DNA from: an uncultured Rhizobium sp.
GTDB taxonomy: Bacteria > Pseudomonadota > Alphaproteobacteria > SHVZ01
Direction: 5' to 3'
Assembly (NCBI GenBank): GCA_964504845.1
Contig: CAZDGR010000004.1
Location: 1-38,194 of the forward strand
Length of the DNA stretch: 38,194 nt
Of this stretch, positions 28,454 through 37,040 are shown piece by piece; position 1 is the first letter of the stretch; each line of letters opens with the position of its first letter. The position numbers were made by a program, and so were the translations under genes. Below the pieces are notes generated by a model. That model did not search any database, was not told where the DNA came from, and saw nothing but the letters and a program-made list of their open reading frames with translations.

Positions 28454-30008
28454 AGCGCGCTCGCAGGTCGTCGGCAACCCGCCGCGCCACCGACAGCCAG
28501 GATTCGTCCGGAGCGCGGCGCAGCAGGCGTGCACCGGGGTACCATGGCGTGTCCTCGCGATAACGCAGCCAGCGCCATGCCGGGTTTGGCGCCAACAGTA
28601 TCCACAGCGGACTCCCCATCGCCCCTGCCAGATGCGCGACGGACGTCTCCACTGAGATGACCAGGTCAAGCTCGGAGATCGCCGCCGCCGTGTCGGCAAA
28701 ATCCTCGAACTCCTCACCGACAGCCAGCAGACCGGGCCGATCGACGGGCAGGACGGAGCCCTTCTGCAGCGACACGAACGACAGGCCTTCCAGCGCCAGG
28801 ATCGGCTCCAGGTCGGAGAGCTGGCACGACCGCTTCTGGTCGAAACCGCTTCCCGGATTGCCGGCCCAGCAGAGGCCGATACGCGGCCGACGCGCAAGCG
28901 CAAGGCGTCGGGCCCAAGCAGCCTTGAGCTCGGGCGGTGGCCGGAGGTGGGGCGTAGGCGGCGGTACCGTATCGACCGTGGTCGCAAACAGGGCGGGCAG
29001 GCTCTCCATCGGCAGGTACTGGTCGTAGGTTCCCGGAGGTGGCGGCGCCGCTCCGCGCTCGATCACGCGGTCGGTGCCCGCGTAGCCGTCAAGCAGGCGG
29101 CGAAGGCCGGACTTCACCTCAAGCGTGAGGGCGCCGACCCGGGCGCGGGCCAGGGGGATATAGCGGAGGAAGTTGAAGACGTCTCCATAACCGATCTCGT
29201 CATGCACGAGCAGGCGTCCGGGGAATGGCGCGCCATTCCATCGCGGCGCGGAAAGCTCATGGGGATATGCCCGCTGAACCTCGAACCGGACGTCGAAGTC
29301 GCTGAAGCCTTGCTGCCAGTCGCCTTGCCCAAGAAGGGTCAAGGTCCGGTTCCAGCGCGCCTTGGGATGACGCGGCTCGATGGCGACGGCGCGGCCCGCA
29401 GCGACGACCGCCGTATCCCGGTCGCGGCGCTCTTCGAAGATTCCGCCTAGGTTCAACCAACCCTCGAATATCGCCGGCGCGAGAGCGACCGCGCGGCGAG
29501 TACAGGTGAGGCCATAGGCCCAGTCATCGTCTTCGACAGCTGCCCGACCACGGTTGATCCAGGCAAGCGGCTGGTGCGGATCGGCGGCGAGGACCGCATC
29601 GAGGATAGTCCGCGCACCGGCGACAGCGCCCCGATCGAGCAATACCGCCGCCAGGCTGGTCGCCAGGCCCAAATCGGCGGGTTCGATCGCCATGGCGCGC
29701 TGGAGGCTGGGTACCGCTGCGACCCGCTCTCGCGATCCGCGCTCGAGCCAGGCCGGCATATAGGCAGGGTCCAGCGCCAGGGAGCGCCTCAGCGCCCGCC
29801 GCGACTTCCCGTCCACGGGTGCCGCGACCGCAAACGCGAATTGAACGCCGGCATCGTCGATGGTCGCATTCGAGCGATCGAGCCAGAAGGACGCCGCCGC
29901 TTCGCCTCGCCTGAAGGCGGCAAGCCCGAGATCCACGAGAGCTTGAGCTGAAGAAGGAGTTTCCACCAGCTGCCGCCGGACCGCGGAATCGTCACCGGGG
30001 CCGCTCAT
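28446..30008 (-). CDS. TPR-repeat + GT9-like glycosyltransferase
   Basis: TPRs, EIGYGDVFNFLRY, IGLCWAGNP, DFADTAAAISELDLVISVETSVAHLAGAMG and WRW...TPWYPGARLLR. Confidence 0.88.
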   Translation of the reverse strand: MSGPGDDSAVRRQLVETPSSAQALVDLGLAAFRRGEAAASFWLDRSNATIDDAGVQFAFAVAAPVDGKSRRALRRSLALDPAYMPAWLERGSRERVAAVPSLQRAMAIEPADLGLATSLAAVLLDRGAVAGARTILDAVLAADPHQPLAWINRGRAAVEDDDWAYGLTCTRRAVALAPAIFEGWLNLGGIFEERRDRDTAVVAAGRAVAIEPRHPKARWNRTLTLLGQGDWQQGFSDFDVRFEVQRAYPHELSAPRWNGAPFPGRLLVHDEIGYGDVFNFLRYIPLARARVGALTLEVKSGLRRLLDGYAGTDRVIERGAAPPPPGTYDQYLPMESLPALFATTVDTVPPPTPHLRPPPELKAAWARRLALARRPRIGLCWAGNPGSGFDQKRSCQLSDLEPILALEGLSFVSLQKGSVLPVDRPGLLAVGEEFEDFADTAAAISELDLVISVETSVAHLAGAMGSPLWILLAPNPAWRWLRYREDTPWYPGARLLRRAPDESWLSVARRVADDLRARFA

Positions 30009-30068
30009 CGATCTCGTGCCGCCGCTCGCATCCGTGACCGATCCGCTTTGTTCAGCGTAACCCCGACT

Positions 30069-32735
30069 CTATGCCTTGGAGGAATGAGTCGCCACGTCCG
30101 CGGGAGCGGGAAATTTCAGTTCCGCGGGTGGAGCGATCCTTCCATGACATTCCTTGAACCGCTGACCCGATCCGCACGGGCACATCTGCAGGCGCTTGAC
30201 GCGGATGACCGGCTCCGGCGCGCGCGCTCCCGGATTTTCCGCCGGGGGTGTCCGATCGGGAACAAGCCTGGAAATCGACCGAGCGACGCTCTTGCTGATC
30301 TCGCCCAGCATCTCCTCGAAGAAGCTGTAGGCCTCCTTCTTGTATTCTTGCAGAGGCACCAGCATCGCGGCCCCCCGGAGCGCCACGCCGAAACGAAGGT
30401 GCTCGAGAGAGGCAAGCTGATGGCGCCAGCACTGGTCGAGGGCCGTCATCACGACATATCGAGTTACCCGAGGCCGCTCTTTCGGATCGAAGGCTTCAAG
30501 CCGCTGCCGCCAAAGGTCGGCGACGCACACTTCGAGCCGCTGCAGAATCTCCTCGTCCGCGATTCCTTCCTCGGCCGCCCATTCGTCCACGGGAACAATC
30601 AGGTTGAACAGGTCCAGCAGATCGGCCTTAAGGCCGGCCAGATCCCACTGCTCGGCATAGGCGGTCGGCGGTATCCGCGCGGCCACCATCTTGGCCATCA
30701 CCTCGGTCCGCATCGCGACCAGCCGATGATCGAGGTCCTCGTCTGCCAAAATCTCCCGGCGCAGGCCGTAGATGAGCTTTCGCTGCTCATTGGCCACGTC
30801 GTCGAAGTCGAGAAGGCGCATGCGGCTGTCGAGCATCATCTCCTCGACCGTGCCCTGGGCCTTTCGGATGGCGCGGGTCAGCCACGAATGGAACATCGCG
30901 GCCCCCTGGTCGAGACCAATCTTGTCCAGCCGGCGCCGAAGCCGATCGGCGCCGCCAAAGATGCGGATCAGCTCGTCGTCGAGGGAAAGCATGAAAACGG
31001 ACTCGCCGGGATCCCCCTGGCGGCCGGCGCGGCCGATCAGCTGATCGTCGATGCGGCGGCAATGAAAGCGCTCGGTGCCCATGATCAACAGGCCGCCGGC
31101 AGCGCGGGCGGCCTGACGCGCCTCGGTGACCTCGCGGGTAACAGTCTCGGTCACCCGCCGGATCTCCTCCGGATCGCTCAAGCCTGCCGTTGCCTGCGCT
31201 ATCCGGAAAGCGACGTTTCCTCCGAGCTGGATGTCGGTGCCACGGCCGGCCATGTTGGTTGCGACGGTCACTGCTCCCGGGCGGCCGGCTTCGGCAATGA
31301 TTTCAGCCTCGCGCTCGTGGTGTCGGGCGTTGAGCACCTCATGGACGATGCCATGCCGCGAGAGCTCGGCGGACAAGGTCTCCGACTGGCCGACCGACGT
31401 GGTCCCGATCAGGATCGGCTGCCCCCGCGCGTGCCGCTCTTTCGTGCGCACGACAATTGCTGCGATCTTCTCCACCGCCGTCCGATAGACCTCGTCCTCG
31501 CTGTCGATGCGGATCATCGGCTGGTTGGTGGGGATCTCGACGACCGAGAGCCCATAGATCCGCCGATACTCCTCGGCGTCCATGGAAGCGGTGCCGGTCA
31601 TGCCGGCGATCCGCCGATAAAGACGGAAATAGTTCTGATAGGTCGTCTGGGCGACCGTGTTTCCCTGGTTGCGGAGCGGTAGCCCTTCCTTGGCCTCAAG
31701 TGCTTCGTGCAGACCGTCACCCAGGCGCCGGCCTGAGAGCATGCGGCCCCGCAATTCGTCGACGATCACAACGTCGCCGTCCTTGACGATATAGTCCTTG
31801 TCGCGCCGATAGATATTACGGGCATGCAACGCCTGACTCACGACCTGCACAAGCCAGAGGTTCTCGTGGTCGTAGAGGTGCCCTTGCTTGATGAGACCGG
31901 CCGTTTGCAATAGCTGTTCGATCTGGTCTATGCCGTCTTCGGTCAGCTGGACCTTGCGCTGCTTCTCGTCGATGTCGAGGTTATCGGGGTCAAGCCGCTG
32001 GACCAATCGGTCGACTTCATAACAGGCATTGGAGGTCTCCTGAGACGGCGTCATGATCTCGATCGGCATTCGAGCTTCATCGATCAGAACGGAGTCGACT
32101 TCGTCGATGATGGCATAGTCGAGACCCCGCTGGGTCATCTCCTCCAGGGAGTTCTTGAGGTTGTCCCGCAGGTAGTCGAAGGCGAACTCGGTGTGAACGC
32201 CGTAGATGATGTCGGCCTGATAGGCTCGCTTGCGGGCTTCCATCTCCATCCCGCTGGTAAGGCTGGCGACCTCGAGCCCGAGAAAACGATAAACCGCGCC
32301 CATCCACTCCGCGTCGCGCTTGGCGAGGTAGTCGTTCACGGTGACGACATGAACGCCCTTGCCGGCCAGCGTGTTGAGGAAGGCCGGCATGGTCGCCGCC
32401 AGCGTCTTGCCTTCGCCGGTCCTCATCTCGGCGACATGACCTTGGTGAAGCGCGATGCCGCCCATGACCTGGACGTCGAACGGACGCTGACCAAGAACGC
32501 GCTTCGCGGTCTCGCGCACGACAGCGAAGGCGTCGACCAGCAGATCGTCCAGAGGCGCGCCGTCTGCCGCACGCTGCTTCAGGGACAGTCCTGTTGCGCG
32601 CAGTTCGTCGTCTGACATCGCCGAGAGCGCCGGCTCCCTCGCCGCGACCTCACGGCAAAGCCGAGCGATCTCGCGGCGCGAGGTGGCAGTTGAGAGGCGG
32701 CGAATTCCGTCGCCGATGACTTTGAGAGCTTTCAT
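30069..32735 (-). CDS. secA: Preprotein translocase ATPase SecA, divergent accessory paralog (SecA2-like)
   Basis: MRTGEGKT, VVTVNDYLAKRD, FDYLRDN, DEVDSVLIDEAR, GMTGTA, ATNMAGRGTDI, GRQGDPG, IRA1 region and C-terminal SEC-C CPCGSGQRFKECHG. ATG 32735 is the likely start. Confidence 0.95.
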   Translation of the reverse strand: MKALKVIGDGIRRLSTATSRREIARLCREVAAREPALSAMSDDELRATGLSLKQRAADGAPLDDLLVDAFAVVRETAKRVLGQRPFDVQVMGGIALHQGHVAEMRTGEGKTLAATMPAFLNTLAGKGVHVVTVNDYLAKRDAEWMGAVYRFLGLEVASLTSGMEMEARKRAYQADIIYGVHTEFAFDYLRDNLKNSLEEMTQRGLDYAIIDEVDSVLIDEARMPIEIMTPSQETSNACYEVDRLVQRLDPDNLDIDEKQRKVQLTEDGIDQIEQLLQTAGLIKQGHLYDHENLWLVQVVSQALHARNIYRRDKDYIVKDGDVVIVDELRGRMLSGRRLGDGLHEALEAKEGLPLRNQGNTVAQTTYQNYFRLYRRIAGMTGTASMDAEEYRRIYGLSVVEIPTNQPMIRIDSEDEVYRTAVEKIAAIVVRTKERHARGQPILIGTTSVGQSETLSAELSRHGIVHEVLNARHHEREAEIIAEAGRPGAVTVATNMAGRGTDIQLGGNVAFRIAQATAGLSDPEEIRRVTETVTREVTEARQAARAAGGLLIMGTERFHCRRIDDQLIGRAGRQGDPGESVFMLSLDDELIRIFGGADRLRRRLDKIGLDQGAAMFHSWLTRAIRKAQGTVEEMMLDSRMRLLDFDDVANEQRKLIYGLRREILADEDLDHRLVAMRTEVMAKMVAARIPPTAYAEQWDLAGLKADLLDLFNLIVPVDEWAAEEGIADEEILQRLEVCVADLWRQRLEAFDPKERPRVTRYVVMTALDQCWRHQLASLEHLRFGVALRGAAMLVPLQEYKKEAYSFFEEMLGEISKSVARSISRLVPDRTPPAENPGARAPEPVIRVKRLQMCPCGSGQRFKECHGRIAPPAELKFPAPADVATHSSKA

Positions 32736-32828
32736 GATCGACCCGACCTTTGCGACGCCTTCCAAGTGAGCACGACAAAACGCCGCACCGGCCAAAGCGC
32801 ACCCCGCCTGGGAGATGGTGTGAAAATC

Positions 32829-33224
32829 TCAGGCATTCACGATATCGCCGTAGTTCTTTTCTTCGAGGATGCTTGAACCGAGGCGGTCGTCGATGCGCCG
32901 CTTGATCTGCGCACGCTCGCGGTTGAGGTCGAACGCCCGCAGGCACAGTTCCGCTAGGCGGCCGTCGACGGGCCCGTGCCTGCGGCTTTCATAGACCCTG
33001 TCAGTCAGTATCCAGATCTCGTCATTGATCTGCTCGAGTTCAATACACAAGCGACGGAGATCATCATCCAGGCTCAGAGCCCGGTTCTGCACTTGCTTCA
33101 GACGATCCAGTTCGGAAGTAACATTGGCCCGTTTCGACGCTTCGACCAGTCGTCTTTGCTTTATTTCGAGTATTGTAATGCGGTCTAGGAGCTCTCCCGG
33201 GGAGATCTCGATTTGAACTAGCAT
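32829..33224 (-). CDS. DUF6165-like small helical protein
   Basis: IEISPGELLDRITILEIK...INDEIWILTD...NRERAQIKRRID...SSILEEKNY matches the DUF6165 pattern as I recall it. This family is often found beside TPR-glycosyltransferases. Confidence 0.78.
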   Translation of the reverse strand: MLVQIEISPGELLDRITILEIKQRRLVEASKRANVTSELDRLKQVQNRALSLDDDLRRLCIELEQINDEIWILTDRVYESRRHGPVDGRLAELCLRAFDLNRERAQIKRRIDDRLGSSILEEKNYGDIVNA

Positions 33225-33323
33225 TCGCGGCCCTCTGAGTGTCAATCTGCTGGTACCATCCCCCCAGAGGTGCGTTCAAGAGAGCGTTCGTCGCTTCCGG
33301 CGCGCAGGAACGGGTAGTATTTT

Positions 33324-34406
33324 ATGTCGTCTGCTTCACGCTCTCCGCGACCGCTTCGCGTCGCGGTGGCCGGCCTCGGTTTCGGTTACGCTGTACATCT
33401 TCCGAGTTGGCTTGGCCAGACGGGGATCGAAGTCGTCGGGATCGCCTCGAGACGTCGTGACAAGGCCACCGAGCTAGCTAGCCGACACGGGATCTCCGTG
33501 GCAACGGATGACATCACCGAGCTTCTGTCACTCGAACCCGACATCTTCTCGCTCGCCCTTCCGCCCGACGTCGCCGCGGCCGCCGCCCGTCAGGCTCTGG
33601 AACGCGGAGTTGCCATCATCAGCGAGAAGCCAATTGCCGGCACATTCAACGAAGCGGCGGCGCTGGCCGCCCTCGCAGGCAACCGGACCACGGCAGTCAA
33701 TTTCAGCTTTTCCGAACTCGACACGTTCCAGACGCTCCGACGGCATCTTGCCTCGAACGAATTCGGGGCGCCAATCAGCGCGGACCTGACGTGGCGGACC
33801 GAGTCCTATGCCCACAAGCATCGGATCTGGAGTTGGAAGACGGACCTCCAGCGCTTTGGCGGCGTAATCACCAGCTTCGCCAGTCACGTGACCCACCTGG
33901 TCGAGTGGCTCCTAGGGCCGGTACGCATGCTCGAGGCGTCCCTCGATGACCGACGTACCCGCGCCTTCGCACCGCCCGGTACAAAGCCCGCCTGGGATCA
34001 AGCGGAGATCCTGCTGCATCACCACAACAATGCCGTCTTCCGGGCGGTACTCGACAACGCAGCCCCCGGCGAGGACGTCCACGAGTGGAACATCCGCTGC
34101 GCGGCAGGGAGCTACCGCCTCGTCAAGCATGGGCCGGGTATCATGACCGGGCTGGTGCTCTACCGCATAGGACCAGACGGCACTGAGGAAGTCGTCACCC
34201 AAGACCGCCATCAGGACAGCGCCGGGGGCCGTGTCCTGCCGTTCCGGCGGCTGCTCGATCGTTTCGTCGGCGCCGTTCGAGCCGAGGGCACGTGCGAACC
34301 TAGCTTTGCACATGGCTGCCGCGTCCAGTATCTGATGGCAAAGATCGAAGCCTCCGCCTCTGCTACTTCCGCCCTAGCGTGCGATGACGTCGTTCTCAGC
34401 GCCTGA
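33324..34406 (+). CDS. Gfo/Idh/MocA family NAD(P)-dependent oxidoreductase
   Basis: Rossmann VAVAGLGFG, EKP motif and GGVITSFASH. Confidence 0.88.
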   Translation: MSSASRSPRPLRVAVAGLGFGYAVHLPSWLGQTGIEVVGIASRRRDKATELASRHGISVATDDITELLSLEPDIFSLALPPDVAAAAARQALERGVAIISEKPIAGTFNEAAALAALAGNRTTAVNFSFSELDTFQTLRRHLASNEFGAPISADLTWRTESYAHKHRIWSWKTDLQRFGGVITSFASHVTHLVEWLLGPVRMLEASLDDRRTRAFAPPGTKPAWDQAEILLHHHNNAVFRAVLDNAAPGEDVHEWNIRCAAGSYRLVKHGPGIMTGLVLYRIGPDGTEEVVTQDRHQDSAGGRVLPFRRLLDRFVGAVRAEGTCEPSFAHGCRVQYLMAKIEASASATSALACDDVVLSA

Positions 34407-35019
34407 TCAGAACTATTTCCTCGCGCTCGCCGACTATTCGCGCGACTTCACCGCGCGTCTCGGCCTCGACAGCGAAGCTCAGCCCCTGGATCAGCTGCTG
34501 GGCGAGTTGAAGCCGCGCCTCGAGGGAATGCGCGACGCCGAGACCGCGATTATCGGTTCAATCCCTCAAACGATGGCTCGCCGTTCGCGCGACGACGCGC
34601 GGGCGATCGGACTCAATACAGTGAGCTTGCTTGCCGACAGGCTTACGATCCTTATCGTCAAGGAGTGGAACCTGCGCGAGCGCGGCGCCAATCCGGCCGG
34701 CGCCGATGTCCTGGCCCAGTCCGAGATTCCGGAGATCTGCCGAGCCCTTTCCCAGGTGGAGCCGGACCAAGCCCTCTATATCGGCAAGCTTTCCAAAATC
34801 CGTGCCGGCGCCATGGCGGCAACCTGGGCCGAGGCCTATTACGGGCTCCTGACCGCAAACCTTCTGCTCTGGGAAGCCCAGGAGATCCTCTACCGGCGCG
34901 ACATCCTGGAACTGCCGGCCGACGAGGTCCGCTCCTACATCCGCTGGTTCTCGCTCGGCAACATGTTGCGGAACGAGTACATGGCGCTCTGCGAGCAGCT
35001 GTTCTGGCACCGATCCTAA
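34384..35019 (+). CDS. Hypothetical helical protein with DUF6165/DUF4254-like motifs
   Basis: TVSLLADRLTILIVKEW...ANLLLWEAQE...NMLRNEYM. Overlaps the oxidoreductase stop region and ends just before the GT41 gene. Confidence 0.65.
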   Translation: MTSFSAPDQNYFLALADYSRDFTARLGLDSEAQPLDQLLGELKPRLEGMRDAETAIIGSIPQTMARRSRDDARAIGLNTVSLLADRLTILIVKEWNLRERGANPAGADVLAQSEIPEICRALSQVEPDQALYIGKLSKIRAGAMAATWAEAYYGLLTANLLLWEAQEILYRRDILELPADEVRSYIRWFSLGNMLRNEYMALCEQLFWHRS

Positions 35020-35032
35020 GGATGCCGAAGTC

Positions 35033-37036
35033 GTGAGCGTGACCAGGCCGGGCTTCGAGGCGGATGAGGAAAGATCGGAGTCCCTTCTCCGCCAGGCCGT
35101 CGGTGCCGGCATGGCGGGTGATCACGCGCGTGCCTCGCGCCTGATCACCGCCTCCCTCGCACTGGTACCCGACCGCGGCGAGCTCTGGGCCAACTTGGCG
35201 ATCGCCGCGCGATCCGTCGGAGAAGCCGCCCGGCCAGAAGTCTGCGCCCGCCGCGCGCTGACGCTTCGTGCCGATCGTCATGAGATCTGGGCGCTGCTGG
35301 CCGACATCCTTACACCGTCGAATCCCGAAGGAGCGCGCAAGGCCTGCCGAACCGTCCTTGCACTCGAACCGCTTCATGCAACGACATGGACCAATCTGGC
35401 ACTGCTCTTACGCCAGCAGTCCCACCGGAGCGGGACTCTCGCCTACAGCCGTCGCGCGATCACCATCGACACAGCGAGTGTCGAGAACTGGAACAATTTC
35501 GGTCTCGCGCTAACCGATCTCGGCAGGCTGGGCGAGGCTAGAGCAGCCTTCGAGGTCGGCATCTCAATCGACGGCCGCCTTGCCTCGCCACACGCGAACC
35601 TGGCCAACATCCTGGTCAACAGCGCCCATGTCGAGGAGGGATTGGCTAGCTATCGTCGGGCGATCGCACTTGATCCGCACCACGCGGAAGGTCTCAACGG
35701 CCTTGCCGGCGGGCTCAAGGATCAGAGCCTGACCGAGCTCGCGACCATGATCGCGCGCTCGGCGATGGCCTGTGATCCCGTCAGCATTGCCGCGGCCAAG
35801 ACCTACCTGGCGTGTCTGCTTCATCTGCCTGGCCTCTCGCCGGCTCGCCTGTATGACGAGCACCGGCGCGTCGTGGGCAGCTTCGAGACGGAAATCCAGC
35901 CGCTGCCCGCGAGCCCTAACACCCGTGATAAGACGCGCCGTCTGGTCGTCGGCTATGTCTCGTCCGATCTGCGTGGCCACCCTGTCGCTCGATATCTGAA
36001 GGCGGCTTTCGAGTATCGGAATACCGAGCGGATTCGCGTGATCGTCTACTCCGACGTGCGGGCCGAGGATGCGGAAACGGCATGGTATCGTTCGAGGACC
36101 GATCTCTGGCGTGACGTGCAGGGCCTTCGTGACGACGCGGTGGGCAAGCTCGTACGCGCTGACGGCGTCGATATCTTGGTCGTCCCTGCCGCTCACTTTG
36201 ACGACAACCGTCTTCTGCTCGCGGCCCATGGCGCGGCCCCTATCCAGATCTCCGCCTTCGCAGGAACTACGACGGGAGTCTTGCGCTCCACCCACTGGCT
36301 TACCGACGCTGTGCTTCATCCCGACGGAATTGCCGAGCGCTTCACCGAAACGCTGCAGCGGCTGCCGGTTCTTCATTTCTTTCGGCCGCCGGCCGGGGAT
36401 CCACCGATCGTGGAGCCACCGATGAGAACCAAAGGGTTTGTGACCTTCGGCTGTTTCGTCAGTCCGGCCCGTATCAATCCCACCGTGATCCGTTCATGGT
36501 CGCGCATCCTGGCGCGGCTGCCGACGGCGAAGCTGGTGCTCAAGAACCGGACCGCTTACCGCAACAGAGAGATCCAGTCCCGCTATCGCCGGCTGTTCGA
36601 ATCCGCCGGCGGCGACTTCGATCGCGTACAGCTGATGACGTCGGACGACAGCCGCTACGATCACCAGAAACGCTACAACGACATCGACATCGTCCTGGAT
36701 ACCTTTCCCTTCACCGGTGCCTCGGCGAGTTTCGATGCGTTGTGGATGGGCGTGCCGGTCATCACACTATCCGGGTGGGGCTTCGTGCAGCGGATGACGG
36801 AATCCCTTCACGTGCCGCTGGGACTCGAGGAGCTGGTGGCGGGGACCACGGACGAGTACGAGGAACTAGCCGTATCCCTCGCGCATGATCCGGTCCGATT
36901 GCTCGCGCTCAGGCAAGATCTCCGTCAGCGAATTGCAGGATCCATCCTGTGCGACGGCCCGGCCTACGCGCGGTCTCTCGAGGCGGCCTATCGTGCTATA
37001 TGGGAGCGGTGGTGCGAGGCGGCGCCGATCTGCTAG
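35033..37036 (+). CDS. TPR-repeat GT41 glycosyltransferase (SPINDLY-like)
   Basis: TPRs, GYVSSDLRGHPVA, FGCFVSPARI and DTFPFTGASASFDALWMGVP. Confidence 0.9.
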   Translation: MSVTRPGFEADEERSESLLRQAVGAGMAGDHARASRLITASLALVPDRGELWANLAIAARSVGEAARPEVCARRALTLRADRHEIWALLADILTPSNPEGARKACRTVLALEPLHATTWTNLALLLRQQSHRSGTLAYSRRAITIDTASVENWNNFGLALTDLGRLGEARAAFEVGISIDGRLASPHANLANILVNSAHVEEGLASYRRAIALDPHHAEGLNGLAGGLKDQSLTELATMIARSAMACDPVSIAAAKTYLACLLHLPGLSPARLYDEHRRVVGSFETEIQPLPASPNTRDKTRRLVVGYVSSDLRGHPVARYLKAAFEYRNTERIRVIVYSDVRAEDAETAWYRSRTDLWRDVQGLRDDAVGKLVRADGVDILVVPAAHFDDNRLLLAAHGAAPIQISAFAGTTTGVLRSTHWLTDAVLHPDGIAERFTETLQRLPVLHFFRPPAGDPPIVEPPMRTKGFVTFGCFVSPARINPTVIRSWSRILARLPTAKLVLKNRTAYRNREIQSRYRRLFESAGGDFDRVQLMTSDDSRYDHQKRYNDIDIVLDTFPFTGASASFDALWMGVPVITLSGWGFVQRMTESLHVPLGLEELVAGTTDEYEELAVSLAHDPVRLLALRQDLRQRIAGSILCDGPAYARSLEAAYRAIWERWCEAAPIC

Positions 37037-37040
37037 CTGT

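Noticed and set aside
27560-28987. 475-aa ORF taken as an intact gene
   Set aside because: Its first part is an alternative frame over the 28446-30008 gene. Only about 28453-27895 is real TPR sequence, belonging to the pseudogene.
30048-31682. 544-aa + strand ORF
   Set aside because: Antisense shadow of secA. Long stop-free antisense frames are expected in high-GC coding DNA, and it has no recognisable motifs.
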